Shown here: positions 7,911 through 16,403 of the stretch, piece by piece
Numbering within the stretch: position 1 is the stretch's first letter
How the letters are laid out: every line of letters begins with the position of its first letter
Source: a virus
DNA length: 64,000 bases
IMG/VR virus record: IMGVR_UViG_3300021093_003813
Span: 1 to 64,000 of that record
Direction: 5' to 3' (one strand)
The notes under the pieces: generated by a model
Databases searched by the model: none
What the model was told of the DNA's origin: nothing
Seen by the model: only the letters and a program-made list of their open reading frames with translations
Translations under genes and position numbers: made by a program

Positions 7911-9214
7911 TAGAACTCCTCCGGAAGACTTTTGGGTTGGCCATCTTTAATAGGTGTGCTATCCAAATTTGAACTTGTGTGTCGCAACCAGTGCTCAAAA
8001 TCTTGTCGAGATTTCACACTTCTCATGTCAGAAGTGGCCTCGAAGGTCAACACATCCACCAATTCACGAGCCTTAGAGAAATCGTTGGATACAGTTTCCA
8101 CGTGACGCATGAAGTTCATGGTGCTTCCCACAAAGTAGGCACTGAATGCCTCTAGTGGTGGGAGAAAGTTTCCATTGTGCAACTTCTGATAGGCACGAAC
8201 TGGAATGTTCATGGCTTCCATGAAGAAATCATCATCTACAATGTAATCTTTCACATACTTTCTGACATCACTATTGATGAACCTGTAATCTTTTGTACCT
8301 TGACCACCATTCTCTGTCTTATAATTGTTTTCATCATCACGAAACAATCTGCCTGGCGTGATCCACTTGAAGTCTGGTCCATAATATCGCCCCATCTGCA
8401 CCCCTGACGTGTGAGTGGTGCTGTCATAACTCACCAAAGTGTTCTGATACATATCATGATGTTGCATGGCAATCACAGGAAGCAATCTAGACACTGACCC
8501 AACACCCAACAAATGAAAATGATGTGTGGTCTTGGACAATGGCAGTTGTGTGTAATAGAAGGCTCTCTTGCAATCTTCCAATGTGCCAGTGCCCAATGCC
8601 ACCGCACCTAAAGCCACGCCACCAATGAATTCATGCAACTCCTTGGGAATCTCCTCCAAGGCCAGTTCTGTCCAGCGAACATAGCTGTCCAAGTCATTGC
8701 CTTGTGCAATAAAGAAAGGACGTGCTTTGGATCCCATCTTGAGGAAGGTTTCAATCTGGTCACGAATGTTCTTGCCAGATTCTCTGGCACACCATTCAAA
8801 CTTGCTTCTGTCAAAATACTTGCTGCTGGTGTCTGACCTGGATGACCGTTCCGACTTCAATGACACCGGAATTTCATCAAAGCTCATGGCACAATCTGAA
8901 TAGTTGCCTTGATTGGTGTACACTTCCTGCTTCAGTTGTGGTGTGATGGTTTTGCCTAGTGTAATCATTTGCAGACCACCTGAGTCAGCATAAATCTGAT
9001 TCACACCTTTGCCACGATACACATCACGAAAGAATTCACCAAACTCCTTTTCAATAAAGGCGTTATACAGAAAAGAAAATTCATGATTGTGTTGACCCCG
9101 AAGCAATGACCACATACCATTCAATCTCTTGGCAGTGTCACCCATCTGTGATTCTTTGAATCGCACCCGTAGAAATGAAAGACCTGACGCCACATATTCA
9201 AATTTCATAATCAA
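7910..9214 (-). CDS. dpdA: TGT-family transglycosylase, DpdA-like (7-deazaguanine insertion into DNA)
   Basis: ADSGGLQ, SFDEIP, IAQG, HLLGVGS and SYDSTT TGT catalytic motifs; context with folE/queD/queE. Confidence 0.8.
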   Translation of the reverse strand: MIMKFEYVASGLSFLRVRFKESQMGDTAKRLNGMWSLLRGQHNHEFSFLYNAFIEKEFGEFFRDVYRGKGVNQIYADSGGLQMITLGKTITPQLKQEVYTNQGNYSDCAMSFDEIPVSLKSERSSRSDTSSKYFDRSKFEWCARESGKNIRDQIETFLKMGSKARPFFIAQGNDLDSYVRWTELALEEIPKELHEFIGGVALGAVALGTGTLEDCKRAFYYTQLPLSKTTHHFHLLGVGSVSRLLPVIAMQHHDMYQNTLVSYDSTTHTSGVQMGRYYGPDFKWITPGRLFRDDENNYKTENGGQGTKDYRFINSDVRKYVKDYIVDDDFFMEAMNIPVRAYQKLHNGNFLPPLEAFSAYFVGSTMNFMRHVETVSNDFSKARELVDVLTFEATSDMRSVKSRQDFEHWLRHTSSNLDSTPIKDGQPKSLPEEF

Positions 9215-9738
9215 CTCTTTAGAATTTTCAAAAGGTGTTTGGTTTGATACACGGCATCATCCAAGGCATTGTGATAGCTTCCTGTACGTTCATCCAATGG
9301 CATCTGAATGATTTCTTTCATGGTTCTGTAACATCTGTCCAACCAGGGAGTCCAAGGACGTTTCATACCACAGGCTTTATAGGCATTTTCTATGATGACA
9401 TTATCAAATCCTGCTCCACAACCCCACGTGGGCATGGGCTTGGCACCATACCAGTGTGAGAATTTCACCAAGGCATCATGTAAAGGAACATTGTCTTTTC
9501 TCAACATTTCCAACACTTCACGTGGTTGTTTGCTCCACCAACGCACCGTGTCGGCTGAAATGTCTAACCCCAGCTTCTTGCAATCAGCCGCATCCACAGT
9601 GCAATAGAATGTATCCAAGATGTCATCTTCCACACTGAATTTCACTGCACCAATGGAACAGATGGCTGCATTGGATTCCACACTCATGGTCTCCAAGTCC
9701 AACATCACCTGAACGTCAAATGACATGAAATCAAGCAC
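9211..9738 (-). CDS. DEDDh 3'-5' exonuclease
   Basis: MLDLETM (ExoI), WGCGAGFD (ExoII), RCYRT, HNALDDA (ExoIII). Confidence 0.9.
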   Translation of the reverse strand: MLDFMSFDVQVMLDLETMSVESNAAICSIGAVKFSVEDDILDTFYCTVDAADCKKLGLDISADTVRWWSKQPREVLEMLRKDNVPLHDALVKFSHWYGAKPMPTWGCGAGFDNVIIENAYKACGMKRPWTPWLDRCYRTMKEIIQMPLDERTGSYHNALDDAVYQTKHLLKILKS

Positions 9739-10453
9739 TCCTACATGAAGGCATTTTGATGAGACTTATGAACTCGGCACGTAGTGCGGGATTTTCTTTG
9801 AAGCCTCCACCCAACTTGGATGTAAGAGTATCACAATGAGGATCTCGAATACCACGGGCCTTCACACAGAAATGTTCAGCATCAATCACCACTGCCACAT
9901 CAGGTGTTTCCAGAATGAATGCCAAGGAGTGATAGATTTGTTCAGCCAACCTTTCTTGAACCTGAGGGCGGCGTGAGAAATATTCCACCACACGATTCAA
10001 TTTGCTTAATCCCAACACTTTGTTCTTGGGAATATACGCCACGTGTGCCACACCTGAAATAGTGATGAAGTGATGTTCACAGCAAGACATGACTGTGATG
10101 TTCTTTTCCAGAACCATTTCATCATAACCCATCTTGTTTTCAATGGCAGTACACTTTGGAAACATGGCAGGATCCAATCCCCAAAACAATTCATTCACAA
10201 ACATCTTGGCCACACGAGCTGGACTATCTTGTAGACTGTCATCAGTCAAATCCATGCCCAATGTTTCCATGATGGCTGTGAAATGTTTTTCAATCTTCTT
10301 CACCTTTCGGTCAGCATACTCACCTGTCTGAATAGTAGGTGTTTCCACGCCAAGAGATTGAAGATGCTTATGGACCCGAAGGCCCAACTCAGGGTCGCAT
10401 TTACCCAAAGCATTGCGAATGGCGTTTGCGTTATATCGCTGCTGTGATTTCAT
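9731..10453 (-). CDS. folE: GTP cyclohydrolase I
   Basis: SPARVAKM, SCCEHH, GLSKLNR, RRPQVQERL, HFCVKARG. Start reassigned to ATG 10453 (GGAGA SD). Confidence 0.97.
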   Translation of the reverse strand: MKSQQRYNANAIRNALGKCDPELGLRVHKHLQSLGVETPTIQTGEYADRKVKKIEKHFTAIMETLGMDLTDDSLQDSPARVAKMFVNELFWGLDPAMFPKCTAIENKMGYDEMVLEKNITVMSCCEHHFITISGVAHVAYIPKNKVLGLSKLNRVVEYFSRRPQVQERLAEQIYHSLAFILETPDVAVVIDAEHFCVKARGIRDPHCDTLTSKLGGGFKENPALRAEFISLIKMPSCRSA

Positions 10454-10454
10454 A

Positions 10455-11354
10455 TTATCTCCCAATCACGTTGCCAAAGACATAACAATGATTTCGTGTG
10501 GCAACGTTATATCCACGATTCATTGCTTCAATACAAAGGTCACCAATATAGGGATCCTCTTGTGCATCTTTGGTGGCACCCACAGGCATCACCCAGATTT
10601 TCGGCATCAAATTCCTACATAGAAACCTAATACGTTCCAACTCAATGTCAAGTTCCGACCAACATTCAGATGTACCATTACACACAAACTTCAGCACGTT
10701 TGTGGATACGGAGAAAATATAATCTCGAATCACTTCTGGTTTAACTGCATGTTTCTCACCTGACACATTGAACAGCTTGGGACTCATGGACCAGTGCCAA
10801 CGCAGACCGCCTAAATTTCTGAAATCCAAAGCAATGAATCTACGAAGTTCCTCACTCAATGGTGTTGTGGCGTTGGTTTCCACAGTGATGATACGCGGCA
10901 TATTACCACGATGTGCCAACTCTGTCAGAATTGCCACCATCGCCTTTTGCTGTAACATGGGCTCGCCACCTGTGAAACACAACATGGTGTCCTGTTCAGT
11001 ATTAGGATGAATAAACAATCCTGAAGGGTTGTGTTCATTCTTGTTGGCCTCAATCAACCTATCGGCAATTTCCGAGGGAGAGGCGTCATGTGCCAGATGT
11101 TTGTATTTCTGTGACCAGGAGTAGGAGCTGTCACAGCCATAGGACCAAACAGGAAGTTGTTCCACAGACTTCACAGAAGCAACATTGAAGTCCTTGTAGG
11201 GAAGAATATAACTGGCGGGGTCTGTGGGATTCTTTTGACCAAATCCTTCACAGTTCAAATTACATCCAAAGAAACGAAGCCAGACGGCGGGAGTACCTGC
11301 CAGTTCTGCTTCACCTTGGAACGAATAGAAAATTTCTGAGTATCTAATTCTCAT
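10455..11354 (-). CDS. queE: 7-carboxy-7-deazaguanine synthase (radical SAM)
   Basis: SEIFYSFQGE, WLRFFGCNLNC...GCD, FTGGEP, VETN, SMSPKL, HCYVFGN. Start ATG 11354 with GAGGTG SD. Confidence 0.93.
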   Translation of the reverse strand: MRIRYSEIFYSFQGEAELAGTPAVWLRFFGCNLNCEGFGQKNPTDPASYILPYKDFNVASVKSVEQLPVWSYGCDSSYSWSQKYKHLAHDASPSEIADRLIEANKNEHNPSGLFIHPNTEQDTMLCFTGGEPMLQQKAMVAILTELAHRGNMPRIITVETNATTPLSEELRRFIALDFRNLGGLRWHWSMSPKLFNVSGEKHAVKPEVIRDYIFSVSTNVLKFVCNGTSECWSELDIELERIRFLCRNLMPKIWVMPVGATKDAQEDPYIGDLCIEAMNRGYNVATRNHCYVFGNVIGR

Positions 11355-11408
11355 AATCACCTCACAGGATACATAACAATCTACAATTATTTAGGAGCGT
11401 GTCAATGG

Positions 11409-12041
11409 TTATTCGTATTCAATTTCACCTGTTTCTATAGTCGCTTCCACACTCAACACATCCAGATGTTGGGATTCATCCATCAGAACATCATCATCCA
11501 GTTTCTGGAGATACTTAGGCTTTCTGGTCATCTTTTTGTCCTTCTTGGTGTCATACAATTCTTTCTGTGCTGTGTCTGCCTGTTGCTTCAGATATCGGAT
11601 GAAACCATTGTCATAGCTTCCTTCATCATGGGCTTGTCGGATGATGCCTTCAATGTCCAAAGACTCAATGTACCGATATTTGGTTTGTAGATGTTTCTTT
11701 TCTTTCTGGATTCTACGCAGAAATGCGTAATAGGTGATTTGCGTGAAATAGGCAAAAGGATTGCTGGATTTCTTGGGATCGAAGTTGTCCATGTAGATGA
11801 GACAATTTTCAATGGCATCCAGAATCATATCTTCACGAAAACTGTAGTTGATGAAATTGCTTTTGTAGGCCAAATGATTGGCAATCTTGATGAAACAATC
11901 ACCGATGTAATCTGGAACTTGAGGCCTTTCTTCTTCATTCCTCTTGGCCCTGTTCACTTCTTTTTTGAATTCAATCAAAGCAGCCAGAAACTGCTTGTTG
12001 TCAATGTAGTGCTTACTGTTCTCGTCCTTCTTCTTCACCAT
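11409..12041 (-). CDS. gp55: late-transcription sigma factor gp55
   Basis: HYIDNKQFL, YIGDCFIKIA, NFINYS, NPFAYFTQI, AFLRRIQKEKK. Start reassigned to ATG 12041 (GGAGAG SD). Confidence 0.96.
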   Translation of the reverse strand: MVKKKDENSKHYIDNKQFLAALIEFKKEVNRAKRNEEERPQVPDYIGDCFIKIANHLAYKSNFINYSFREDMILDAIENCLIYMDNFDPKKSSNPFAYFTQITYYAFLRRIQKEKKHLQTKYRYIESLDIEGIIRQAHDEGSYDNGFIRYLKQQADTAQKELYDTKKDKKMTRKPKYLQKLDDDVLMDESQHLDVLSVEATIETGEIEYE

Positions 12042-12477
12042 AATACTCTCCATGATATTCATCAATATCAATAATGTGGACATCTCCATTGGTCACTTCA
12101 CGCAACAAATCATCTGCTGCGTCTGACCGTTCTTCCTGTTCCAGAAACTTCTGTCGGGTTTCTTTAGCTTGTGTAACATAAACAACATATTGTTTTCTGA
12201 CTTCTCTCTTCATGTCACCTATGGTCAGCACTACATCAGTGCTGATGACGAAATCTTCTCCGTCACTCAACCCCATCCAAGGACGAAGCATAAAACTTTC
12301 TCCAATCACATGATTGCCTCGGCGGGTTTCTTTCATGGGCACCACTTGCACAGGAACATGCATCTGTAGATGTGTTTCTGCTGCTGTGGACTTCACATCT
12401 CGTTCCATGTTACACAGGATGTTTTCTCCTGTTTTCAGCTTTACAATTTTGAAATATCCATCGTCGGTACTAAGCAT
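12013..12477 (-). CDS. conserved hypothetical protein between uvsW and gp55
   Basis: IVKLKTGENI N-terminus and LRPW motif typical of this syntenic T4-like gene. Confidence 0.75.
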   Translation of the reverse strand: MLSTDDGYFKIVKLKTGENILCNMERDVKSTAAETHLQMHVPVQVVPMKETRRGNHVIGESFMLRPWMGLSDGEDFVISTDVVLTIGDMKREVRKQYVVYVTQAKETRQKFLEQEERSDAADDLLREVTNGDVHIIDIDEYHGEYYGEEEGREQ

Positions 12478-13948
12478 GTAATGGTACGGTTAGAAGTTTA
12501 TAATTAAGTTCTTCTTCATTGTATATCTTCACACGCTCAATTAAATGTAGTAATGTGTAATTCTTGTGAGACTTCCATGATAAGTTGTCACCGATATCAT
12601 ACAACTTACATGATGTTTTCTGTTCACCCAATCGAAGTCCTCGACCGATACTTTGTAGGTTTCTGATACGAGATTTCATGGGTGAAGCAAACACAATGTT
12701 ATGGAGGTTTCTAATATTTATTCCTGTTGAGAATGTACCGTAGGATGCCAAGATGATGGCATCTGAAGATTGTTCGGTCAAGGCACGAACTTGTTCACGT
12801 TCCTCAGCTTCCACTCCGCCGTGTACGAAAAACAAATCTCTGCCTTGTTCAATTTTTTCAGAAATCAAATCATACAAAGGCTCACCGTGTTTCTCCACAT
12901 ACTGATACAACACCAAAGTGTTTCCTTTCAGATCCGCCACAAGATTTCTGATGAACTTGTTTCTCTTGGGGTGTGTTATCAACCAGTCCAATTCTTCCTG
13001 ATAGCTGAACTTTTTACATAATTGTTTTTCTTCATCTGTGTAATCTAATGTGATACACCGAATTTTCAATTCAGCTAGTTGATTGGTGTCCATTAATTTT
13101 TTAGTTGTGGTGATTTTATGTACCGCACCAAACAATCCTTCCAACACCAACCGATGTGTCTTGGTGCCATCCAATGTACCTGTGGTGCCAATCTTGAAAG
13201 GTGCCTTGGTACACTTGTGCATGATGGAAGTCAAAGACTTGGCTTTGAACAAATGACATTCATCACCATACACCACATCAAAGTTTTCAAAAAAGCTCTT
13301 GGGCATCTTGTAGATGCTCTGCCAGGTGGAAATCACAACAGGTACATTGGTGATTTTCTCTTTTCCTGAATAGATGCGTGTGCAATTGTCAGACACTTTC
13401 CAATCACTGTCTGTGGCATAATCGGCAAAATCGCCGTACATTTGCTCCACTAGGCTGGTGGTGGGAACAATGATAAGCTGTCTACGATTATGTTGTTGAT
13501 GCCATCGAATCAACGTGTAGATGATGAGGCTTTTACCGCTGGCTGTGGGAGACAATAACAGCGTTCTATTGTTCTGAATGGCTTCTTCTACTGCAATCTT
13601 CTGATAATCCCGAATATCAACAGGCTTACCATTGGAATGATAGTTTAATCCATTAATAAACTCAGTAATATTACGGACATCACGGATATGCTGACAGTTG
13701 TTAACAAATGCATAGCCGTTTCTTTTACAAAATTCCTCAACATAGGAAACAAGACCCACATACAATTCTTTGGTGAACAAACTCAACAAACGAATTTTGC
13801 CATCCCAAAGTTTCGCACGATATTGAGGTGTGAATTGAGCGCCAGGAACTGCGAACGTGAAGAAGTCATTCATCTCCAGTAGAACATCAGGTTCAGCTTC
13901 CACCCGGAGATAGACTTCATCTTTTTTATTTATTGTAACCGTGCTCAC
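12470..13948 (-). CDS. uvsW: UvsW DNA helicase
   Basis: WDGKIRL, SPTASGKS, DECH, GTTGT, QSIGRGLR. GTG start overlaps the uvsY stop. Confidence 0.96.
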   Translation of the reverse strand: MSTVTINKKDEVYLRVEAEPDVLLEMNDFFTFAVPGAQFTPQYRAKLWDGKIRLLSLFTKELYVGLVSYVEEFCKRNGYAFVNNCQHIRDVRNITEFINGLNYHSNGKPVDIRDYQKIAVEEAIQNNRTLLLSPTASGKSLIIYTLIRWHQQHNRRQLIIVPTTSLVEQMYGDFADYATDSDWKVSDNCTRIYSGKEKITNVPVVISTWQSIYKMPKSFFENFDVVYGDECHLFKAKSLTSIMHKCTKAPFKIGTTGTLDGTKTHRLVLEGLFGAVHKITTTKKLMDTNQLAELKIRCITLDYTDEEKQLCKKFSYQEELDWLITHPKRNKFIRNLVADLKGNTLVLYQYVEKHGEPLYDLISEKIEQGRDLFFVHGGVEAEEREQVRALTEQSSDAIILASYGTFSTGINIRNLHNIVFASPMKSRIRNLQSIGRGLRLGEQKTSCKLYDIGDNLSWKSHKNYTLLHLIERVKIYNEEELNYKLLTVPLHA

Positions 13949-14385
13949 ATCCCACCATTGGTGAACTTGTACCATTCAATGGCAGACTTCACATCCCAGG
14001 TTCTGCTATTGATGCTCTTTAGGATTTGTTCCAGTTGAAACAACAAGGTCTTGATGTATTCCAGCTTGTCTGTATGTTGAATGATATCATCATCTGATGC
14101 CATGAATTCATCCATTTCATTCTTCAACGGCTTGTTGTTCAGATACTGGTCCCATCCCAGCTCCGTGAGTTCCTCTTTGGACAACTCACCACGATAGTAG
14201 CGATATTTCAATTTGCGTAAACGAAGATAATCAGCTTCAGCCTTGCGATATTGCAGGCGAACTGAGGTCATCATGTTCAGATATTTGGCGTGTAGCTCTG
14301 GCACACGTGCAGCAGCTCGTCCCAGATTGGTCTGGTCCACTTTGCAATCATCTGCCCACATGGTTTGAATGTCTTGTAGTTTCAT
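13945..14385 (-). CDS. uvsY: UvsY recombination mediator
   Basis: PELHAKYL, YYRG, RTWDVKSAIEW; syntenic position. Confidence 0.93.
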   Translation of the reverse strand: MKLQDIQTMWADDCKVDQTNLGRAAARVPELHAKYLNMMTSVRLQYRKAEADYLRLRKLKYRYYRGELSKEELTELGWDQYLNNKPLKNEMDEFMASDDDIIQHTDKLEYIKTLLFQLEQILKSINSRTWDVKSAIEWYKFTNGGM

Positions 14386-14407
14386 GGCACCTCCTCACAG
14401 TCCTTCA

Positions 14408-14436
14408 ATTATAAACTACCTTACCAGTTTTGTCAA
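14408..14436 (-). promoter_or_regulatory. sigma70 consensus promoter for uvsY-uvsW-gp55 operon
   Basis: Minus strand TTGACA-17 nt-TATAAT, perfect consensus. Confidence 0.9.
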
Positions 14437-14963
14437 GCCAGAGATGTCACAGTGAAGGTGCGATATTTGAATATGGCTTGAGCAGCAAAGTACTGGGTGT
14501 CACCTGTGGACACATCAAACTCAATACCAGTCAATCCCACAGGAAAACAATCCTTGAAAGTGAATTCCACTTTAGGTAAATAATTGGAATCCAATGCCAA
14601 CAATGTGGCATCACTGTATTCACCTGAATCCGTGGCTCTGGCACCAGTACCAAATCGTGCTGAGAATTGTGTTCTGCTTTCTGGGAAGCCCAAAGCCAGA
14701 AGCCAATTGTACAATTCAATGTAATTGGCCATGGTTTCTTGAATCAAAAACTTTATACTTAATTCACCATAATCAATTTTTTCACCTGGCTTTGGAATGT
14801 TGACAAAGGGTGTGGGTTGCACGGCATACCCTAGATTCACACTGGGAATATTAGCTGATTGGCAAAAATAGGTGACTTGAGGAAGATTCTGAATCAGGAA
14901 ATAGAAACCATTTGGACGTAGAAAGTCCAACATATCTGGTTGTCCATATTGTGGAGATGTCAT
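14433..14963 (-). CDS. gp3: tail completion/sheath stabiliser gp3
   Basis: YFCQSANIP, NYIELYNW, YSDATL, FKDCFP; follows gp23 as in cyanophage-type T4-likes. Confidence 0.9.
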   Translation of the reverse strand: MTSPQYGQPDMLDFLRPNGFYFLIQNLPQVTYFCQSANIPSVNLGYAVQPTPFVNIPKPGEKIDYGELSIKFLIQETMANYIELYNWLLALGFPESRTQFSARFGTGARATDSGEYSDATLLALDSNYLPKVEFTFKDCFPVGLTGIEFDVSTGDTQYFAAQAIFKYRTFTVTSLA

Positions 14964-14987
14964 GTATGTGTCCTGTAAAGTTTCTAA

Positions 14988-14995
14988 TATTTATA
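14988..14995 (-). promoter_or_regulatory. T4-type late promoter (gp3)
   Basis: TATAAATA on minus strand upstream of gp3. Confidence 0.8.
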
Positions 14996-15001
14996 TCATA
15001 T

Positions 15002-15034
15002 AAAAGGAAAAAGAGAGACCTTTCGGCCTCTCTT
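15002..15034 (-). terminator. Rho-independent terminator after gp23
   Basis: AAGAGAGGCC-GAAA-GGTCTCTCTT hairpin followed by a T-rich tract. Confidence 0.88.
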
Positions 15035-15056
15035 CCCCAGTTTCCAACTACTACTA

Positions 15057-16340
15057 TTATAGAAGGTTTGTTACTGCGAACAAACGATAGTAGTGGTTAC
15101 GGTCAGCAGTGAATGTATCTGCGTCTGTTGTACCGTCTGCTTGTGTTACGAATGGATTTGCAATCATGCCATAACGTGTCTTGAATCCAATCTTGGGTTG
15201 GAAGGTTGATGGATCAATTGCGCGAACCATTTGGAGAGGAACGTATGGGCAGTAGAACAAACCTGCGTCATATGCTGTTGTACCCTTGTAACCGACCATC
15301 ACGAATTGTGATGCGGCGTTTGTGTTTGCTGAGTATGGGTCAACGAACACCTTGTAACGGCCATTCAATGTACCTGCGAATGTGTTGCCTGTGTCATCTG
15401 ATGAGATGCCATCATTGCCTGAAAGAGCTGGGGTGTAATCCAACTTGCCAGCCATTGCTAGAGCTGCTGCAACGTCTGATGAGCAAATGATGAAGTTACC
15501 GCGACCGCGACGAGTTTCTTGTGCGATGACGTTGGCATCACGTTCGATTTGGAACATCAAGCCCTTGAAACGTTCTACTGACCAACGACCGTTTGAGTCC
15601 ACATCAAGGTCGAATGTACCAGCTGTTGCTGCTGAAGCAGCACCTGGCTTTGCCACCTTGTAGATGGTACGAATCACTTCACGGTTGATTTCAGCAAGAA
15701 TTTCTTGTGAAAGAATGTTGGCCAATTCGCCTTCTGCATCAAGACCGTGAATTGCCTTCAAGTCTTGTGCCAATTCCACAGAGTATTCAGCCTTCAATGC
15801 ACGTGTCTTAGCGGTTACTGTGGTCTTTTCAATTGAGAAAGCCATTTCGCCGAAGCTTGTGCCACTGCCGATATCTTCAGCAGTTGCTGTTGTGATACCT
15901 GTACCTGTGGTGTATGCACCTGATACTGGGTTTGAACCGGCGTGTGAACCAGTGCCTGCGAAATCTGTGTCAGCTTCATTGAATAGAGCTTCTGTACCTG
16001 ATTGTGTTGAATAACGTGACTTCATGGCGAAGATGAGGCCTGTTGGACCAGTCATTGGTTGCACACCGGCCACATCATAAGCCATCAAGTTTGGAAGTGA
16101 ACGACGAACCAATGAGATAAGAATTGGGTCGTAACGGTCAATTTCAGACGCACCTGAACCAGCGATGTTGTTGGCTGGAACTGCTTCGAAAAGAGCTGTT
16201 TTTTCTTCACGAAGAGCGCGTTCTTGGTTTTCAAGAATGACAGCAGTTACTGCACGCTTGTAGGTGTCCTTGATTGCTGGCATTGCGTCGTGGTCCAATA
16301 CTGGAGCCCACTTCTTTTGTAGATTTTCTGAAAGAAACAT
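15057..16340 (-). CDS. gp23: major capsid protein gp23
   Basis: GVQPMTGPTGLIFAM, RALKAEYSVELAQDLKAIHGLDAE, FYCPYVPL, FQPKIGFKTRYG. Confidence 0.99.
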   Translation of the reverse strand: MFLSENLQKKWAPVLDHDAMPAIKDTYKRAVTAVILENQERALREEKTALFEAVPANNIAGSGASEIDRYDPILISLVRRSLPNLMAYDVAGVQPMTGPTGLIFAMKSRYSTQSGTEALFNEADTDFAGTGSHAGSNPVSGAYTTGTGITTATAEDIGSGTSFGEMAFSIEKTTVTAKTRALKAEYSVELAQDLKAIHGLDAEGELANILSQEILAEINREVIRTIYKVAKPGAASAATAGTFDLDVDSNGRWSVERFKGLMFQIERDANVIAQETRRGRGNFIICSSDVAAALAMAGKLDYTPALSGNDGISSDDTGNTFAGTLNGRYKVFVDPYSANTNAASQFVMVGYKGTTAYDAGLFYCPYVPLQMVRAIDPSTFQPKIGFKTRYGMIANPFVTQADGTTDADTFTADRNHYYRLFAVTNLL

Positions 16341-16382
16341 TCTTATTCTCCTGTTACTGTTTGTTTTGTTAAACGTTAATAT

Positions 16383-16390
16383 TATTTATA
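16383..16390 (-). promoter_or_regulatory. late promoter (gp23)
   Basis: TATAAATA on minus strand. Confidence 0.85.
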
Positions 16391-16403
16391 CAAATGGAAA
16401 TTT

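Noticed and set aside
7910-9214. Canonical bacterial tRNA-guanine transglycosylase (tgt)
   Set aside because: Lacks the C-terminal CxCxxC zinc site, is highly divergent, and no preQ1 pathway is visible; DpdA-like is the better call, though a tRNA target is not excluded.
11368-11405. Dedicated promoter for the deazaguanine operon
   Set aside because: TTGACA is present, but the spacing to a weak -10 (TAGATT) is 16 nt, and CTAAATA is only a partial late box; too uncertain to list.
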